Made by a program: the position numbers and the translations under genes. Shown one piece after another: positions 28,239 to 32,000 of a DNA stretch of 32,000 nt. Within the stretch, counting starts at the first letter, position 1, and each line of letters starts with the position of its first letter. The notes below the pieces were generated by a model. That model worked only from the letters and a program-made list of their open reading frames with translations, was not told the origin of the DNA and ran no database searches. Where the stretch lies: NCBI RefSeq assembly GCF_001457595.1, contig NZ_LN831039.1, forward strand, positions 2,520,001 to 2,552,000, written 5' to 3'. Origin of the DNA: Mycolicibacterium smegmatis. Lineage in GTDB: Bacteria > Actinomycetota > Actinomycetes > Mycobacteriales > Mycobacteriaceae.

Positions 28239-28344
28239 CCGCAGTCTCCTCCGTCTCGCTGCATAGACTCTCGCCGCAGGCACCAAACGTACCGCAGGAG
28301 CGGCAACCGTTCAGGGCGCGGGCCGCGCCCGGCAGGGAGGCGAT

Positions 28345-29358
28345 ATGGCCGAGGACACAGCCGGGGCGAACGATGCGCAGACGTCACCCGGACCGTTTGC
28401 TGGTTCGGCGTCCGACTCCCTGTCGGCGGTGGGTGAGTTCGCCGTCATCGACCGCCTGCTGAACGGTCGCGTGCAACCCCCGTCGGTGACGGTGGGTCCC
28501 GGCGACGACGCGGCCGTGATAGCCACGAGCGACGGCAGGACCGCGGTGTCCACCGACATGCTGGTCGAGCGAAGGCATTTCCGTCTCGACTGGGCGAGCC
28601 CACACCAGATCGGCCGTAAGGCCATCGCGCAGAACGCCGCCGACATCGAGGCCATGGGCGCACGGCCGGCAGCGTTCGTGGTGTCGTTCGGAGCGCCCTC
28701 GGATACCCCCGCCGACGCCGCGGTCGAACTCTCCGACGGCATGTGGGACGAGGCACGCAGGTGCGGTGGCGGCATCGCGGGCGGCGATCTGGTGCGCGCA
28801 CCGCTGTGGGTGATATCGGTCACCGTGCTGGGTGATCTCGGCGGACGCGCACCGGTGTTACGCAGCGGGGCCCGTGCCGGCGACGTGGTCGCGGTGGCGG
28901 GTGACCTCGGGCGGTCGGCCGCGGGATATGCGTTGTGGGCCAAGGGAATCGACGAGTATCCCGAACTCAGGGAGCGTCATCTCGTGCCGCGGCCGCCGTA
29001 CGGGCACGGCGTCGCCGCCGCCGACGCGGGTGCCACGGCCATGACCGACGTGTCCGACGGGCTGATCGCCGATCTCGGCCACATCGCCACCGCGTCCGGC
29101 GTCGAGATCGACGTCGCCACCGATCTCTTGGCATCCGATCACGCCGCCGTGGCCGCGGCCGCGGCGACCGTTGCCGCCGACGCGTGGTCGCTGGTGCTCG
29201 GTGGCGGAGAGGACCATGCGCTCGTCGCGACGTTCCCCGGCGAGGTTCCCGACGGCTGGCGGGTGATCGGACGGGTTCGCGCGAGCCACGCAGGGGCGCG
29301 GGTGCTCGTCGACGGCGAGAAATGGTCGGGCACCGCGGGATGGCAGTCGTTCGACTGA
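28345..29358 (+). CDS. thiL: Thiamine-monophosphate kinase
   Basis: This 337-aa ORF contains [48 protein letters not shown] and [15 protein letters not shown] (AIR-synthase-like fold). SD GGGAGG lies 4 nt upstream. Confidence 0.93.
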   Translation: MAEDTAGANDAQTSPGPFAGSASDSLSAVGEFAVIDRLLNGRVQPPSVTVGPGDDAAVIATSDGRTAVSTDMLVERRHFRLDWASPHQIGRKAIAQNAADIEAMGARPAAFVVSFGAPSDTPADAAVELSDGMWDEARRCGGGIAGGDLVRAPLWVISVTVLGDLGGRAPVLRSGARAGDVVAVAGDLGRSAAGYALWAKGIDEYPELRERHLVPRPPYGHGVAAADAGATAMTDVSDGLIADLGHIATASGVEIDVATDLLASDHAAVAAAAATVAADAWSLVLGGGEDHALVATFPGEVPDGWRVIGRVRASHAGARVLVDGEKWSGTAGWQSFD

Positions 29359-29384
29359 CGCCGATCACGCTAAGTTGGCTTTCC

Positions 29385-30068
29385 GTGACCGCACGACCGC
29401 TGAACGAACTCGTCGAGGAAGGTTGGGCCCGCGCGCTGGAGCCCGTGGCAGATCAGGTGGCGCAGATGGGGGAGTTCCTGCGCACCGAACTCGCCGAGGG
29501 CAGGCAGTACCTGCCCGCCGGGCAGAATGTGCTGCGGGCGTTCACATTTCCGTTCGATCAGGTGAGGGTGCTGATCGTCGGGCAGGATCCCTACCCGACA
29601 CCGGGCCACGCGGTGGGCCTGAGCTTCTCGGTCGCGCCCGACGTGCGGCCGCTGCCGCGCAGCCTGTCCAACATCTTCACCGAGTACACCGAGGATCTCG
29701 GCCACCCGCAGCCCAGCAGCGGCGATCTGACGCCGTGGGCAGAGCGTGGGGTGATGCTGCTCAACAGGGTGCTCACGGTGCGCCCGGGAACACCGGCGTC
29801 CCACCGCGGTAAAGGATGGGAGGCCGTCACCGAATGCGCCATCCGCGCGCTCGTGGCGCGCGAGCAGCCGTTGGTGGCGGTGTTGTGGGGGCGCGATGCC
29901 GCGACGCTGAAGCCGATGCTGGCCGAAGGTGACTGCGCGACGATCGAGTCGCCGCATCCCTCGCCGCTGTCCGCGTCACGCGGGTTCTTCGGGTCGAGGC
30001 CCTTCAGTCGCGTCAACGAACTGCTCCAGCGTCGCGGCATCGAACCGATCGACTGGAAGTTGCCCTAG
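29385..30068 (+). CDS. ung: Uracil-DNA glycosylase (family 1)
   Basis: (M)[24 protein letters not shown]...[22 protein letters not shown]...[24 protein letters not shown] (227 aa). The GTG at 29385 matches the orthologue start MTARPL. The track ORF from 28935 is an upstream in-frame extension over thiL. Confidence 0.96.
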   Translation: MTARPLNELVEEGWARALEPVADQVAQMGEFLRTELAEGRQYLPAGQNVLRAFTFPFDQVRVLIVGQDPYPTPGHAVGLSFSVAPDVRPLPRSLSNIFTEYTEDLGHPQPSSGDLTPWAERGVMLLNRVLTVRPGTPASHRGKGWEAVTECAIRALVAREQPLVAVLWGRDAATLKPMLAEGDCATIESPHPSPLSASRGFFGSRPFSRVNELLQRRGIEPIDWKLP

Positions 30069-30383
30069 TCAGGGGGTCGTGGTCGGCAGCTCGGGCGTCG
30101 GGATCTCGATCGTGGCGCTGCCGTCGTCGGTCGGGCCACCCGGAGGCGGCGCCTCCTCGCTGGTCGGCAGTTCCGTGGGGATCTCCACCGTCGCGCTACC
30201 GTCGCTGGTCTCGGGAGCCGTCGTCTCGGGAGCCGTCGTCTCGACCACCGACTCGGTGGTGGTGGTCTCGAGCGTCGATTCGCCGCCGGAGTCGCTGCCG
30301 GCGCATGCGGTCAACAAGGCGCCGACTGCAGCACCGGCGGCGATGGCGTACAGCGGTGAACGTGATGTGTGGCGTGAGGTCAT
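30069..30383 (-). CDS. Small Thr/Pro/Glu-rich putative lipoprotein with internal repeats
   Basis: The ATG at 30383 gives 104 aa: MTSRHTSRSPLYAIAAGAAVGALLTAC|AGSDSGG... It has a lipobox LTAC. TTAPE appears twice in tandem, from a 15-bp perfect tandem duplication at 30211-30240. DGSAT[VI]EIPT also appears twice. The sequence is low complexity, so confidence in the coding call is moderate. Confidence 0.6.
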   Translation of the reverse strand: MTSRHTSRSPLYAIAAGAAVGALLTACAGSDSGGESTLETTTTESVVETTAPETTAPETSDGSATVEIPTELPTSEEAPPPGGPTDDGSATIEIPTPELPTTTP

Positions 30384-30410
30384 GATGGCCCTGTTACCCG
30401 GCCGGATCAT

Positions 30411-30442
30411 TAACCAAACGAAAGGACCGGCAGACGCCGGTC
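30411..30442 (-). terminator. Intrinsic terminator downstream of rpmB
   Basis: On the minus strand: GACCGGC-GTCT-GCCGGTC (30442-30425), followed by CTTTCGTTTGGTTA. Confidence 0.55.
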
Positions 30443-30459
30443 AGGCGCGAGCGCTCAGC

Positions 30460-30654
30460 TCAGGCGCGCGAGACCTTGCCGGCCTTGATGCACGAGGTGC
30501 AGGCGTTGATCCGCTGCTTGTTGCCGCCAGGACGGGTCACGGCACGCACCGGCTGGATGTTCGGATTCCAGCGCCGGCTGGTCCGCCGATGCGAATGCGA
30601 CACCGACTTGCCGAAGCCGGGGCCCTTCCCGCAGATATCGCACACGGCAGCCAT
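30460..30654 (-). CDS. rpmB: 50S ribosomal protein L28
   Basis: [39 protein letters not shown]...[17 protein letters not shown] (64 aa). SD GAGGAG lies 8 nt upstream. Confidence 0.96.
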
Positions 30655-30889
30655 ATCAACAACTCCTCGAAATCAGTACTTGGGGGCCAACGACCGCAAG
30701 GCGGGTGACCCGACAACCTGACCAGGATACCGAGAAGGCGAGGTATCGCCAAAATCGGCCGTCAACACCGCGGCGCGCGGTGCACAGGTGCAGGTGGTCG
30801 GCACCGGTTTGTCATTGTGACTGGCTAGGCTGGCGCCCACGATGGCGCCCTGCGCGCACCAGGGGTTCGGCGTGAACTTGGAGGTCCGA

Positions 30890-32000
30890 TGTCTGCACGG
30901 CGGCTCGACGCCTCCGCCCTGCGGGATTGGGCACACACCGCGGTGGGGGACCTGATCACGCACACCGACGAGATCAACCGGCTCAACGTCTTCCCGGTCG
31001 CCGACGCCGACACGGGCACCAACATGCTGTTCACGATGCGCTCGGCGTGGGCTCACGCCGACGCCCAGTCCGGCGGTGACGTCGCGCAGGTCGCGAGCGC
31101 GCTGGCCGCGGGCGCACTGCAGGGCGCCCGCGGCAACTCCGGGGTGATCCTGTCGCAAATCCTGTTGGGCCTCGCCGAGGTCATCACGTCGGCCGCGGCC
31201 GACCGCGGCGGCGATCTCCTCGACGTCGACGGGCCGCTGTTCGGCGCGGCGTTGCGTCACGGTGTGGCGCTGGTCGCGGTGTCGATGGGCGACCCGGTGC
31301 CCGGGACGATCGTCACGGTGCTGCAGGCCGCGGCTGATGCCGCCGAGAAATGCGTGGTGGGTGGCGCCGATCTCGCCGAGGTCGCCGCGTCGGCGGCCGA
31401 CGCCGCCGCGACCGCGCTCGAACGCACACCGCAACAGCTCGACGTGCTGGCCGAGGCCGGTGTCGTCGACTCGGGCGGCCGTGGGCTGCTGGTGCTGCTC
31501 GACGCGATGACCGCGACCATCACCGGCCACGCGCCGCGCCGCCCGGCCTACACGCCCGCGCCGCCGCGGGCGACGGCGTCTTCTTCGGTGTCCGCCCGGG
31601 CCGGGGTACCGGCCGACGATGTCGCCCCGACCCAGGTGCCGCAGTTCGAGGTCATGTACCTGCTGAGCGGATGTGCGCCCGAGGCGGTCGAGCACCTTCG
31701 TGCGGGGCTGGAGCAGATCGGCGAGTCGGTCGCGATCGCCACCTCGGGCGGCGGTCGGTACTCGGTGCACGTGCATGTCGACGACGCGGGCGCCGCCGTC
31801 GAGGCGGGTCTGGCGGTCGGCACTCTCAACCGCATCCAGATCACCGCGCTCACCGGATCCGGCGGTTCGCGGCCGTCCGGCGGGTGGGAACGTGAGCGCG
31901 CCGTGCTGGCGGTCGTCGACGGCGACGGCGGGGCCGAGTTGTTCGCCGGTGAGGGCGCGCACGTGCTGCGACCCGAGGCCGACGAACCTGTCAGCGCAAA
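30890..32000 (+). CDS. DAK2/DhaL-domain protein (YloV-like, Rv2974c-like), N-terminal part (3' end outside window)
   Basis: I translated this by hand. The frame is open from the ATG at 30890 (SD GGAGG 4 nt upstream) to the window end, so it is absent from the ORF track. It begins MSARRLDASALRDWAHTAVGDLITHTDEINRLNVFPVADADTGTNMLFT...GARGNSGVILSQ...VVDSGGRGLLVLLDA. These are typical DAK2 motifs. Confidence 0.88.

Noticed and set aside
30441-30472. Duplicated TCAGGCGCG motif around the rpmB stop codon
   Set aside because: It is a short 9-nt GC-rich recurrence of low statistical weight. The stop codon and the downstream terminator hairpin explain the region adequately.
30673-31962. 429-aa minus-strand ORF opposite the DAK2 gene
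   Set aside because: The plus-strand frame starting at 30890 has an SD and canonical DAK2 motifs (DADTGTN, GNSGVILSQ, DSGGRG). It was missing from the track only because it runs off the window. The minus ORF is its shadow.

Overview
This is a high-GC actinobacterial chromosomal core segment. Gene order and protein sequences match the mycobacterial block lppZ, DoxX, cfp6, ilvBNC, serA, leuB, gltX, tRNA-Gln/tRNA-Glu, IclR regulator, leuCD, hupB, mutT1, ppk1, fbiD, gpsA, ddlA, thiL, ung, rpmB and a DAK2 protein. From memory, that is M. tuberculosis Rv3006 to Rv2974c read in inverse orientation. Extra genes absent from that block (wrbA, a secreted lipase, a PLP enzyme, a RAM-domain protein) and a 208-aa HupB with a PAKKA tail point to a fast-growing Mycolicibacterium, probably M. 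smegmatis or a close relative. I call 33 protein genes (2 truncated by the window edges), 1 candidate leader peptide, 2 tRNAs, several hairpin terminators, three tandem-repeat loci and a set of candidate leaderless promoters. I see no rRNA, CRISPR, IS/transposase/integrase, prophage, toxin-antitoxin or defence-like genes. I find no convincing evidence for a novel multi-gene system; this is mostly housekeeping biosynthesis. The observations most worth a second look are listed below.
- A perfect 32-bp tandem duplication at the ilvB/ilvN junction creates two identical 10-codon mini-ORFs chained by TGATG overlaps.
- A Val/Ile/Leu-rich leader peptide with an intrinsic terminator lies upstream of ilvB.
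- A 12-bp minisatellite sits next to the leuB terminator.
- A recurrent TANNNT box lies 6-7 nt upstream of many start codons, the leaderless mRNA signature.
- A stand-alone RAM-domain protein is paired with a DUF3515 membrane protein.
- A small repeat-containing lipoprotein abuts ung.
The many long ORFs in the track that lie antisense to or out of frame with these genes are GC-rich shadow ORFs and are rejected.
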